Positions 48,169-57,430 of a stretch of DNA of 64,000 nucleotides are shown one piece after another. Numbering within the stretch: the first letter of the stretch is position 1; each line of letters starts with the position of its first letter. Origin of the DNA: Candidatus Lustribacter sp. (GTDB lineage Bacteria > Vulcanimicrobiota > Vulcanimicrobiia > Vulcanimicrobiales > Vulcanimicrobiaceae). The position numbers and the translations under genes were made by a program. The stretch is from positions 544,001 to 608,000 of the forward strand of contig OZ255842.1 of the NCBI GenBank assembly GCA_965277805.1, in the 5' to 3' direction. The notes beneath the pieces are model-generated. The model was given only the letters and a program-made list of their open reading frames with translations, made no database searches and was not told the origin of the DNA.

Positions 48169-49115
48169 GCGACGGTTCTCCCGCGGTAGTATGCCTCCGT
48201 TGCGGGGTGAAGTTTGAGGCTCGCGGGCAGCGCCGGACGCAAGCCGGAGAACGAGAAACCGAACGTGTTATCGAGGATACGTTCGTCTTCGAGTGCTGAG
48301 AGCACGGCCCGCACGACGTCGTCGGGCACGGTCGGAAACCCGTAGATGTAGTGTTGCCGCCAGCCGGCGACGGTGATGTCTTCGTCCACGCCGGGGAGCA
48401 GCCGTTGCGGTAAGGTGAGCTTCGTCGCGCCCCAATCGGCGTTGATCGAATCGAGGATCGCTTCGTCGAAGCGTAAGAAGCGCAGGTCGAGCAGCGTGGT
48501 TAAGTCGCGTGCCCAATCGGAACAGCCATTGAGGTAGAGGAAGAAGCCGTTGGCCGTGCCGTTCTCGGCGTACTCGCGCGTGCGGCTCTTCATGAGATTC
48601 GATCCGGTCGCGCTCGCGCGCTCGGCCGCCGTGCGTTGCGCGATCGGGTTCAGATCGGCGCCGCCCCACTCGGCCAAATTCGCGCGCGTGATACCGTGCT
48701 CGCGCATGATGCGCTCGATGTAAATGCCGACCAGATTATCGTCCGATGGAATCACGGCTTTCCAGGGATAGCGTCGCTCCGCGAGTTCCTTGAGCGACGC
48801 GATGCCGCTCGCGCGGTCGACGGCCGCTGCCAAGTAGTACGGAATGTTCAAGGGCGCAACGACGCACAACTCCGGAATCGTCTCGTTCGCAAACACGTCG
48901 AGTCCGCGCTGGGCCCAGTCGACAAACTGCGGCAGGGTTATCCCGAGCAGCGATTCCCCGCCCGCCACGGAGAACACGTTGCGCACGTTGCTCGAGCGCG
49001 TGTTGATATCGAGCTCCACGCCCTTATGCGCGAGCGCCGCCTTGAGCAGCTTCGCGCCTTCCCACCAGAACGACCCGATCCCGCTCGCCGCAAACGGTAT
49101 GCGCGCGACCGGCAA
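48165..49115 (-). CDS. TAXI-type solute-binding-like protein with no signal peptide
   Basis: GIGSFW, SSNVRNV, VPDDVV, LHPATEAYYR. Confidence 0.65.
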   Translation of the reverse strand: MPVARIPFAASGIGSFWWEGAKLLKAALAHKGVELDINTRSSNVRNVFSVAGGESLLGITLPQFVDWAQRGLDVFANETIPELCVVAPLNIPYYLAAAVDRASGIASLKELAERRYPWKAVIPSDDNLVGIYIERIMREHGITRANLAEWGGADLNPIAQRTAAERASATGSNLMKSRTREYAENGTANGFFLYLNGCSDWARDLTTLLDLRFLRFDEAILDSINADWGATKLTLPQRLLPGVDEDITVAGWRQHYIYGFPTVPDDVVRAVLSALEDERILDNTFGFSFSGLRPALPASLKLHPATEAYYRGRTVA

Positions 49116-50270
49116 TTAGACGGTGACGGGGGTGCGGGCGCGCAGTTGCGGGATGACGTCTTTCGCGAAGCGTTCGATGTTGCGCATCGTCGCTTCATGC
49201 GGCAGGGTGCCGAACTGCAGCAGCGCGAGGAAGTTGCCGAGGCCGAGCGTCTTCTCGTACTCCGCCAGCCGGTCACGCACGGTCGCGGCCGAGCCGCAGA
49301 TCAGCTGACCGCTCTCGATCAACTGGTCGATGGTGCGCTCGCTGCCGGTCTGGCCCGATTTCGCTTCCAGCACGGCATTGGCCGAGGCGAGGCTGAGGTA
49401 GCCGGGCGGGCGCACGATTTCCGGCGTCATGCGCAAGAACTTATTCGCAAACGCTTCGATGTGCGGCTTCGCTTCCTCGCGGGCCGCCGCGTCGGTCTCG
49501 CCCACGAACACGGGCGCCATCCAGCCGAGCTGTTCGGGTGTCGCGGTGTAGCCGGCTTTCTGCGCTTCGTCGCGATACATGTCGAGGAACTTCTTCACCG
49601 CTGCAACGGGGCTATAGGTTTGCAAGTAGGTGTACTTGCGTTCGGCCGCCGCCGCCCACACGATCGTTTCGCGGCTGCCCTGCGAAGGGATCCAGATCGG
49701 CGGATGCGGTTGCTGATACGGCCGCGGCCACGTGTTGACGTAGCGGAAGTCGTAGTGCTTGCCGCGCCAGTGAAAGGGCCCCGTCTCGGTCCACGCGCGT
49801 ACGATCAAGTCGTGCGCTTCACCGAAGCGCTCGTGTGAGAACGCCGGGTTCATGTTCCACGAGTGGTACTCGGCACCGATCCCGCGCACGAAGCCCGCGA
49901 TCAGGCGGCCGCCCGTGATGTTGTCGATCATCGCGAACTCTTCGGCGATCACGCACGGGTTGTTGACCAGCGGCAACGCGCGCCCGAGCACCGCAATGGT
50001 GCCGCGCGTGCGCCGCGCGAGGGCACCCGCGATTACGCCGGGCGTTGGCATGAGCCCGTACGCGTTCTGATGGTGTTCGTTGATGCCGAGGCCGTCGAAG
50101 CCGAGCTGATCGGCGTACTCGAGTTCGTCGAGGTAGCGGTTGTAGAGCGCGTGCCCTTTCACCGGGTCGTAGTAGCTGTTGGGCAGCGTCACCCACGCTG
50201 TTTCATAGTGGTCGGCGTACGACAGATCGAGATCCGCATACGGCATCAAATGGAACGCAATGAATTTCAT
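49116..50270 (-). CDS. LLM-class flavin-dependent oxidoreductase
   Basis: MKFIAFHLMPY, NEHHQ, TGGRL, PYQQPHPPIW. Confidence 0.92.
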   Translation of the reverse strand: MKFIAFHLMPYADLDLSYADHYETAWVTLPNSYYDPVKGHALYNRYLDELEYADQLGFDGLGINEHHQNAYGLMPTPGVIAGALARRTRGTIAVLGRALPLVNNPCVIAEEFAMIDNITGGRLIAGFVRGIGAEYHSWNMNPAFSHERFGEAHDLIVRAWTETGPFHWRGKHYDFRYVNTWPRPYQQPHPPIWIPSQGSRETIVWAAAAERKYTYLQTYSPVAAVKKFLDMYRDEAQKAGYTATPEQLGWMAPVFVGETDAAAREEAKPHIEAFANKFLRMTPEIVRPPGYLSLASANAVLEAKSGQTGSERTIDQLIESGQLICGSAATVRDRLAEYEKTLGLGNFLALLQFGTLPHEATMRNIERFAKDVIPQLRARTPVTV

Positions 50271-51043
50271 TTGAATCCTCCCTCGGCGAAGGCGGTAACG
50301 GCCGCGGCAAAGGCCTGCGGTTGTTCGAGGTGCGGCAAGTGACCGGCCGCGGCGATGATGCTCTTGCGCGCGCCCGCAATCGCGGCGGCGAACGAGTCGG
50401 CTTGGCGCGGCGGAAAAACCTTGTCCTGGTCGCCCCAGACGATCAACGCCGGAAGACGCAGCCGGTGCAGCCACTTGGCGAGTTGCGGATCGTAGAAGCG
50501 CGGACGCCAGGCGACGCGTGCGGTCATCAGCGCGTTCTTCGGCTGTTGCGCGCGAAATGCGTCATCCGAGGGTGCGTGGCGCACGTCGGTATACGATGCC
50601 TTCACCAGCGCATCGGGCGAGAGCATGAACGTATCGACGCCGTCTTCGACGAGCGGCAAGCCGGCCGCATCGACGAGCACGAGCGCGCGCAGGTCGCGCG
50701 TGTCGCGCAAGGCGAGCTCACACGCGATCCAGCCGCCGATACCGTGTCCGGCAATCACGACGTCGTGCAAGCCGAGCGTCTCGATGAATGCGCGGTAGAA
50801 GTGGGCGAGGTCGTCGATCGAGTCGAGCCACAGCGGCGTCGACGATTGGCCGAAGCCCGGATGATCGGGAACGATCACGTCGAAGCGCCCGGCCAGCTCG
50901 GCCATGAACGGTTGCCATTCGGTAAAGGCATCACTGCCGTGCAAGAACAGCAGCGGCGGCCCGGAGCCTCCGCGCAGGACGCTGACCTGTGCGCCTTCAA
51001 CCGTGTGCGTCGTGCGGCTTGCAGCCGCCGCTACGGAGCTCAT
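50267..51043 (-). CDS. Alpha/beta hydrolase-fold protein (nucleophile Ser replaced by Gly)
   Basis: FLHG, PGFGQS, GHGIGG, WGDQD, GHLPH. Confidence 0.85.
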   Translation of the reverse strand: MSSVAAAASRTTHTVEGAQVSVLRGGSGPPLLFLHGSDAFTEWQPFMAELAGRFDVIVPDHPGFGQSSTPLWLDSIDDLAHFYRAFIETLGLHDVVIAGHGIGGWIACELALRDTRDLRALVLVDAAGLPLVEDGVDTFMLSPDALVKASYTDVRHAPSDDAFRAQQPKNALMTARVAWRPRFYDPQLAKWLHRLRLPALIVWGDQDKVFPPRQADSFAAAIAGARKSIIAAAGHLPHLEQPQAFAAAVTAFAEGGFK

Positions 51044-51061
51044 GAAGGATGCCGTTCACCG

Positions 51062-52027
51062 ATGAGAGTTGAGAACCCCGCGACCGCGATGCCACGTTCG
51101 GCGGCCATGACGGCGATTGCCGGCGGCTTGCTCGCTGCGGCGCGGCCGGCGCTGGCGCAGTCCCCGCCGGCAACGGTGCGCATCGGCTCGATCGCGATCG
51201 ACGCGTCGGGTGAATCCTACTACGGCGTCGACAGCGGCATCTTCGCGGCGAACGGAATTTCGGCGCAGATCACGACACTCACGACGGGTTCGGTGATCAT
51301 CACCGCGGTGCTGGCCGGCGATCTCGACGTCGGCATTGCCAACCCGCTGCAGATCGCGACCGCCATCGCGCGCGGCATCCCGCTCATCATGCTGACTCCG
51401 GCTGCGCTCTACTCGTTGCGCGATGCGAACGCGAACCTCGTCGTCGCCAAGAACTCGCCCTTCAAAACGCCCAAGGATCTGGTCGGCGCAACGTTCGGCG
51501 TTTCGAGCCTGGCCGATTTCAACCAGCTCACGCTGCTCGCGTATCTCGATCTGAACGGCGTTCCGAAAGACAGCGTGCACTTCATCGAGCTGCCGTTCAG
51601 TCAGATCAGCGCATCACTCGAGCGCGGCACGATCCAGGCCGGGATCATCACCGAACCGTTCAAGACCGACGGCGTGCGAGCGGGCCAGATCCGCGACTTC
51701 GGCGACACGTATCTCACGATCGCGCCGGAGATCGCTCCGATCTATTGGTTCACGACCAAAGGCTGGATCCAGAAAAACCCCGACGTCGCGAAGCGCATGG
51801 TCAACGCGATCTACGCAACCGCGAAGTGGGCGAACACGCACACCAAGGAGTCCGGTGAAACGCTCGCGCGCATCGCCAAGATGGACCCGGCGATCGTCGC
51901 GAACATGAAGCGCCTCTATTTCGCGACGAACAACGACCGCAAATATACGGTCAACACGCTCGCCCTCGCCGGCCGTTACGGGATGCTGCCGCGTCCCATA
52001 ACGTTCGAAGAGTTCAGCGCCTTCTAG
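51062..52027 (+). CDS. ABC transporter substrate-binding protein, NMT1/SsuA-like
   Basis: Signal peptide ending ALA-Q; GDLDVG, ITEPF; start could be 51089. Confidence 0.85.
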   Translation: MRVENPATAMPRSAAMTAIAGGLLAAARPALAQSPPATVRIGSIAIDASGESYYGVDSGIFAANGISAQITTLTTGSVIITAVLAGDLDVGIANPLQIATAIARGIPLIMLTPAALYSLRDANANLVVAKNSPFKTPKDLVGATFGVSSLADFNQLTLLAYLDLNGVPKDSVHFIELPFSQISASLERGTIQAGIITEPFKTDGVRAGQIRDFGDTYLTIAPEIAPIYWFTTKGWIQKNPDVAKRMVNAIYATAKWANTHTKESGETLARIAKMDPAIVANMKRLYFATNNDRKYTVNTLALAGRYGMLPRPITFEEFSAF

Positions 52028-53118
52028 ACGCCGACCGTTTCCCGGTTGGTCGAGAAGCCTTCTTTGGCACCCAGCACCGCGAACGGCTGCGCGAGGTTCT
52101 CTTGCCAGAGCAGCGAGCCCATCGCGATGTTGAGCGGCGAATCCTGAATCGTCAGCTCGTACACCGGCTTGTCGTTGGAAGCGTGGTTGTGAATGCCCCA
52201 GCCCGGCGCTGAGAGCATCAAGTCGCCGGCCTTCCAATCGAAGCGCGTGCCCTCGACGATGCTGTAGCCGCTGCCTTCGAAGTAGTAGTTGATCGCGGCG
52301 GCGGTGTGACGATGCGGACGGTCGACGATGTTCGCCGGCCGCAGGCACATCGTGGCGAAGAAGTTGTGCGTCGTGCCGTTGGTGTGGCCGGTCGCCGGAT
52401 TGAACAGCAGGTACAGACGGCGTCCGCGGTACTTCTGTCCGAGCGCCTCGAGTTTGTCGAGATGCTCCTTGATCGACGCCCACTTCCAGAACAGCGACGT
52501 CGACGGAACGACGTCCGGGTTGACGAGTTTCTCATACGGCATGAGATACGCGCCGTCGGCGAGTTCGAACGTGCCGAACGGATTCTGATCGTGCTTTTCT
52601 TCCGACGGCCCGGCAGCCGGTGCGGGCTCGAGCGCTGAGGCCGGCGGATTCTCATCGACGATGTGGACGTTCATTTTTTCGAGCAGCGCCGCGTTCGAGT
52701 ACGTCAGACGCACTTGGCGATCGCCGGTTTTGTTCTCGATGACGTAGGCGTCCATCGACGGCGTGTTCCACACGTCGTGGCGATCGAACGTGAAGCGCTT
52801 ACCGGCAACGTTGGCCGTCCCCGATCCGTGAATGCAGAAGTTCACCTGACTCGAGTTGTGGCGGATCGGCGCGGTGCCTTCGCCGGGCAACAGAACGTCG
52901 AGCGAAACGCGAATCCCGGGCGCGAGACCGAGGCCGGGCTCTTTCGAATTCGGATGCACGATCAGCGCGCGCCGGCGGCCGTCGGCCGGACGCGGCAGCG
53001 CGCTAAGGCGCTCGATCTCCGCATCGATCGCTTCCTTCGGAATGATGACCGAAGGCCAAAGCGCGAGCGGCGGTGACGCCTCACCCGTGCGGTCGACGAA
53101 GAATTTCGAGTTATCCAT
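52024..53118 (-). CDS. Bicupin, gentisate 1,2-dioxygenase-like
   Basis: RRRALIVHP, LLPGE; C-terminal HRH...HNH. Confidence 0.8.
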   Translation of the reverse strand: MDNSKFFVDRTGEASPPLALWPSVIIPKEAIDAEIERLSALPRPADGRRRALIVHPNSKEPGLGLAPGIRVSLDVLLPGEGTAPIRHNSSQVNFCIHGSGTANVAGKRFTFDRHDVWNTPSMDAYVIENKTGDRQVRLTYSNAALLEKMNVHIVDENPPASALEPAPAAGPSEEKHDQNPFGTFELADGAYLMPYEKLVNPDVVPSTSLFWKWASIKEHLDKLEALGQKYRGRRLYLLFNPATGHTNGTTHNFFATMCLRPANIVDRPHRHTAAAINYYFEGSGYSIVEGTRFDWKAGDLMLSAPGWGIHNHASNDKPVYELTIQDSPLNIAMGSLLWQENLAQPFAVLGAKEGFSTNRETVGV

Positions 53119-53125
53119 GGTGCAC

Positions 53126-54145
53126 CTACGTTTTGGCGGTTGAGTTGTAGCGGATCGGAACGTTCGTCCGTGCTGGTATTTCGCGACCCAGGCCGCGTTG
53201 CCGTGCTAGTTCGTGAATTTTGATCCCGAGCGCGAGGTCGGAGATCCCCATGCCCATCGCTTTGAAGAGCGTCACGTCGGCGCCGTCCGGGCGCGAAGCG
53301 TTCTCGGCGACCAGACGGCTCAAGGGAGCGATCGCATCCCACGCCGGCCCGCCGGCTGCGCCGTAGTACTCGCGGAATTCGCGCGAGAGCGTTTGAGTTT
53401 GCGGCACGCTGTCGGCGCTTACGATCGCGCAGCGCGTGAGCAGCTGCGGCTCGAACTCGGCGCGTTCCGGCACGATCGCCCCGACGGCGTTGACGTGCAC
53501 GCCGCGGGGTGCGCCGGCCGCGGTTAGCACCGGCGAGGTCGCCCGCGTGGCCAGCGTGATCACGTCGGTGCCGGCGAAGGCGTCATCGGCCGACGTCGCC
53601 TCGACCGCCTCGACGTCGGGGAACGTCGCCTTCAGCTTGGCGACGAGCGCCGCGCGGTTGGCCGGGGTCGGGCTCCAGACGCGCACGCGGCGGATGTCGC
53701 GGACCGCGAGCATGGCGGCTACCTGGGGCAGCGACTGTTTCCCCGAGCCGACGATCGTCATCTCGCGGGCATCGGCCCGGGCGAGCCGCCCGGTGGCAAC
53801 GGAGCTGATCCCGGCCGTCCGGAGCTGGCCGAGGGCGAAGGCCTCGATCACCGCCAGCACGGAGCCGTTCTGCGCGTCGAAGAGCAAGACGAGCGGGCCG
53901 GTTCCACCGGTCGTGTGGGTCCAGGTCTTGGTGCCGACCACCCCGGCGCCCGGCACGGCGGCCCCAATCGCGTGGAGCGTGTCGTGACCGTTAAAGGTGA
54001 CGACGGTTTTCGTCATGTTTTCCGCCGCGCCCGAGGGCTCGAGGCGGAGGGTCTCTTCGAGGGCGCTCAGCGCCAGGGGCAAGTCAACCAAGCTGACCAC
54101 GTCGGCTTCGCTGATCCAGATCGGATTCACACCGGTGCTATTCAC
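53126..54145 (-). CDS. Ornithine cyclodeaminase/mu-crystallin family protein
   Basis: LGQLRTAG, GSGKQS, HVNAVG, FKAMGMGISDL. Confidence 0.9.
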   Translation of the reverse strand: MNSTGVNPIWISEADVVSLVDLPLALSALEETLRLEPSGAAENMTKTVVTFNGHDTLHAIGAAVPGAGVVGTKTWTHTTGGTGPLVLLFDAQNGSVLAVIEAFALGQLRTAGISSVATGRLARADAREMTIVGSGKQSLPQVAAMLAVRDIRRVRVWSPTPANRAALVAKLKATFPDVEAVEATSADDAFAGTDVITLATRATSPVLTAAGAPRGVHVNAVGAIVPERAEFEPQLLTRCAIVSADSVPQTQTLSREFREYYGAAGGPAWDAIAPLSRLVAENASRPDGADVTLFKAMGMGISDLALGIKIHELARQRGLGREIPARTNVPIRYNSTAKT

Positions 54146-54481
54146 CCTAGAGCGCCGGCTCCTTCGTCCCGGCGGCCCGGAGTGTGCGTCTCATTGCTGG
54201 TAATTGGTCCAGAAACTGCGACTTTAGGCGAGGAAGAAAGTTTCAGGACGCGAAGTGTTTTCGGCGAAGTCGCTGCCCTTGCCATGCGGGGACAAGCGGC
54301 GTTCGTTTGCAGTGCTCAGTCCGAAGCTGTACCTGGAGAGTTGCGACCTATTTATGAGGGGCGAAGCTCCAACGCGGCGACGGAACGCACGCAAGACCAC
54401 CTCGACGCGGTGCGTCGGATTAGGCGGAACAAAGAATTCGCCGGTTCGGCGGCACCAATCTATGGAGGCCTCTTAACTCGT

Positions 54482-56620
54482 ATGATCCGAAAGCTAACGA
54501 AAGCGGTCGGAGTCTTGCTGATGCTCGGGTTTATTACCCCGAGTCTCGCAATGGCCAATCCGACAACGGTCGCGGTAGCTCCGGCGGATACCACCGCCGC
54601 AAGTGCTACTGCTACGGCTGGTGCGACTGATGTCGCCCAAGCCGGTCCCCTCTCCGACGTCCCGCTGAACAGCTGGGCGTACGATGCCGTCGATCAACTC
54701 GCAAAAGACGGCATCATCAAAGGCTATCCCGACGGCACGTTCAAGGGCAACCGCCCGATGACGCGCTATGAAGCTGCAGTGCTGGCGTATCGCGCGGTCG
54801 ACATGATCGAAGCGCAGATCACCGCCGGTAAAGCCGTCGAAAAAGCCGACATCGATGCGGCCAACAAGCTCATCGCCGCGTATGGCGCCGAGCTCAAAGC
54901 GGTCGAACGTCATGTCGACGCACTGCAACAAGAAGCAGACGCGACGAAGACCGGCCTCGCAGCCACCGACAAGCGCGTTTCCGGTCAAGCCGGTCAGATT
55001 CAAGCGTTGAGCGACTTCGACAAGAAGGCGTACATCAAGTTCACCAGCATCGATACCGGCTTCGTTTACAGCGGTAACATCAACGGTAACTGCGGTAACG
55101 CAGCCGCCTACGGGCCCGCGTCCGGCAGCGCGTTCTGCGCGGCCAACGGTCCCGGCGCCGCGCTTCCGGCGGGCCAGCGCACGAACGGTTACAACCCGGC
55201 CGTCGGTACCGCTCCGGGCGGCAGCGCCTCGAGCCTTCCCATCGGTCAGGTCAACCGCGGCGTGAGCTTCATGTATCAGAAGGTCTCGCTGACTGGTACG
55301 CCCAGCCCGAACACCGCGTTCCTCGTCGAATTCGGCGACTCGGTCCGTCCGGTTCAAACGTCCGGATCGTCCAACAGCGCCAGCTCGAATGCGTATTGCA
55401 CGCCGTCGTCGGGGCAGAACTTCCTCAACGGCAACCTCGCGGAGCCGACGACGCTGTCGAACTGCTCGGCGACCAATGCCAGTGGTGCTGAATACAACAA
55501 CGGCGAACCCGGTGGTGCATTCGGTTACAACAACATCTGGATCCAAACGTCGATCCCGAACTCGGGTATCTACCTCCGCGCCGGCCACGTTCAAAACAAC
55601 GAAGGTCCGACCGGCGGCTCCTGGCTCGGCGGCGACTACTACTGGGGCGTGATGCTCGGCATCACCAAGGGTAACTTCAACGGGTACATCGGTGCCGGCG
55701 TCGGCAACAGTGCCTCGACGAACAACGCCTTGGACAACGAGCCCTACACGGCGCAAAACATGACGATCCAAGCCGATTACACGTTCCCGATCGCCCCGCG
55801 TGCCTCGATCAACCTTGGTGCCATGTACACCAACTACACCGGGTACAGCTCGAGTGAATGGGATCCGTCGGCCGTCATTTGCACCGGTGCGAACGGCGCA
55901 ACGCGTTACTTCGCGAACACCGCTGCCGTGCCGTTCTCGACCTGCGGAACCGCAACGTCGGGCGGCGTCACCCAGACCCTCACCCCGCTCACGTACGCTA
56001 ACGGTACGGCGATCACGGGTGCGTATCTGAGCGCCGCCAACAACAACAACACGATCTCCGGAACGGGTTGTTCGTGTATCCCCGGCACGACGCCGGGCAA
56101 CTACGTCTACAGCCTCAGCACCCCGGGTCTCGTGCTGACCGCGCCGATCTCGCAGATCGGTGCACATTTGATCTTCACGTATAACAACGCACGTCTCTAC
56201 CTCGCCGGTACCTACCGGTTCGGTAACGACCCCTACACCGGCAAGGCGTGGGTCGGCAATACGACGGGCGACTTCGTGTTCGATCTCGGTCCGTGGCGCG
56301 CCGGTCCGGGCAACCACGGGAAGCTCACGTATGAAGCGCAAGGCTTTGCCGCCGGCTTCAATGCCATGACCCAGAACGTCAACTACTTCGGCGGACCGAT
56401 TCTCGACAACACCTGGCAAACCGCTTTCGGCGGCGAGTACTGGGTCGAGACGGCGTTCAAGTACTGGGTTAGCGACAACGTCAACCTTGCGGTTGGTGTC
56501 GGTCGTTCCGGCTTGCTGCCGAACATTATCCTGCCTGCCGGCGGCCCGACGTGCCCCGGCTGCGTCATCAGTGGCTTCGGTCAGAACATGGCGTTCGCCC
56601 AGATGAACCTCAACTTCTAG
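54482..56620 (+). CDS. SLH-domain outer-membrane protein (OmpM/SlpA-like), copy A, 712 aa
   Basis: Signal peptide, SLH (WAYDAV...GYPDGTFKG...TRYE), coiled coil, beta-rich region, C-terminal Phe; RBS GGAGG. Confidence 0.9.
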   Translation: MIRKLTKAVGVLLMLGFITPSLAMANPTTVAVAPADTTAASATATAGATDVAQAGPLSDVPLNSWAYDAVDQLAKDGIIKGYPDGTFKGNRPMTRYEAAVLAYRAVDMIEAQITAGKAVEKADIDAANKLIAAYGAELKAVERHVDALQQEADATKTGLAATDKRVSGQAGQIQALSDFDKKAYIKFTSIDTGFVYSGNINGNCGNAAAYGPASGSAFCAANGPGAALPAGQRTNGYNPAVGTAPGGSASSLPIGQVNRGVSFMYQKVSLTGTPSPNTAFLVEFGDSVRPVQTSGSSNSASSNAYCTPSSGQNFLNGNLAEPTTLSNCSATNASGAEYNNGEPGGAFGYNNIWIQTSIPNSGIYLRAGHVQNNEGPTGGSWLGGDYYWGVMLGITKGNFNGYIGAGVGNSASTNNALDNEPYTAQNMTIQADYTFPIAPRASINLGAMYTNYTGYSSSEWDPSAVICTGANGATRYFANTAAVPFSTCGTATSGGVTQTLTPLTYANGTAITGAYLSAANNNNTISGTGCSCIPGTTPGNYVYSLSTPGLVLTAPISQIGAHLIFTYNNARLYLAGTYRFGNDPYTGKAWVGNTTGDFVFDLGPWRAGPGNHGKLTYEAQGFAAGFNAMTQNVNYFGGPILDNTWQTAFGGEYWVETAFKYWVSDNVNLAVGVGRSGLLPNIILPAGGPTCPGCVISGFGQNMAFAQMNLNF

Positions 56621-56640
56621 TCTTAGGACCAGAGCTGGAA

Positions 56641-56671
56641 AAGGGCTCCGCTTCGGCGGGGCCTTTTTTTT
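56641..56671 (+). terminator. Intrinsic terminator
   Basis: GGCTCCGC-TTCG-GCGGGGCC followed by a T run. Confidence 0.9.
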
Positions 56672-56743
56672 GTTCATGCTCGGCGACGTTGACGCTGCCA
56701 CTGCCGCAAGAATGCAATCCGCACATTACTCCTCGATGACTGG

Positions 56744-57418
56744 TCATCGCAAGAGCCCAAAGCGGTAACCCGCACCACGCACCGTATGCAGCAGCGAGGG
56801 AAGACTGTTGTTCGTGAGCTTTGTACGCAGCCTTCGTACGTACACATCGATGACGTTCGAGGTGACCTCGGCATCGTCGGTCCAGAGCGCAGCCTCGATC
56901 ATCGTGCGTGTCACCAGCAGACCTGCGTTTCGCATGAAATACTCGAGGTAGGCGACCTCTCGAGCCGTCATTTGAATCTCCGTGCCCGCTCGCGTTACGC
57001 GCCGCGTTGCAAGGTCTAAGACGACGTCCTCGACGCGCAGCTCGAGGCGCGGAGGAGCGGGCTCGCGCCGCGTGATCGACCGCAGCCGCGCGAGCAGTTC
57101 TCCGAAAGCGAACGGCTTTCTCAAGTAGTCGTCGGCGCCACCGTCGAGACCGGTGATTGCATCGGTAGCCGTATCGCGTGCCGTCAGCATGAGTACCGGC
57201 GTCCTAAAACCGCTCTTGCGCAGCGAAGAGAGCACCGCAAAGCCGCTCTTTCCCGGAATCATGACATCGAGCACGATGGCGTCGTGGTCCCCGCTCTGCG
57301 CGGCCAACTCGCCGCTTATGCCGTCATGCTCGACGGCGACCACGTGGCCTTCTTCCGACAATCCTTCGCGCAAGACGCCGGCAAGCACGACGTCGTCATC
57401 AATGATCAGGACTTTCAT
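56744..57418 (-). CDS. OmpR-family response regulator
   Basis: IIDDD, LDVMIP, LTARD, KPF, HTVRGAGY. Confidence 0.95.
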   Translation of the reverse strand: MKVLIIDDDVVLAGVLREGLSEEGHVVAVEHDGISGELAAQSGDHDAIVLDVMIPGKSGFAVLSSLRKSGFRTPVLMLTARDTATDAITGLDGGADDYLRKPFAFGELLARLRSITRREPAPPRLELRVEDVVLDLATRRVTRAGTEIQMTAREVAYLEYFMRNAGLLVTRTMIEAALWTDDAEVTSNVIDVYVRRLRTKLTNNSLPSLLHTVRGAGYRFGLLR

Positions 57419-57430
57419 CGGTCGTTTCGC

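Larger units (their letters stand above)
54327..56671 (+). repeat. Copy A of a ~2.3 kb direct duplication (leader, SLH-porin gene, terminator)
   Basis: Aligns by eye with 58945-61249. Confidence 0.92.

Noticed and set aside
54340-54445. c-di-GMP (GEMM) riboswitch in the porin leader
   Set aside because: Only superficial GGCGAA...CGCAAG similarity; no GNRA-capped P2 stem could be built
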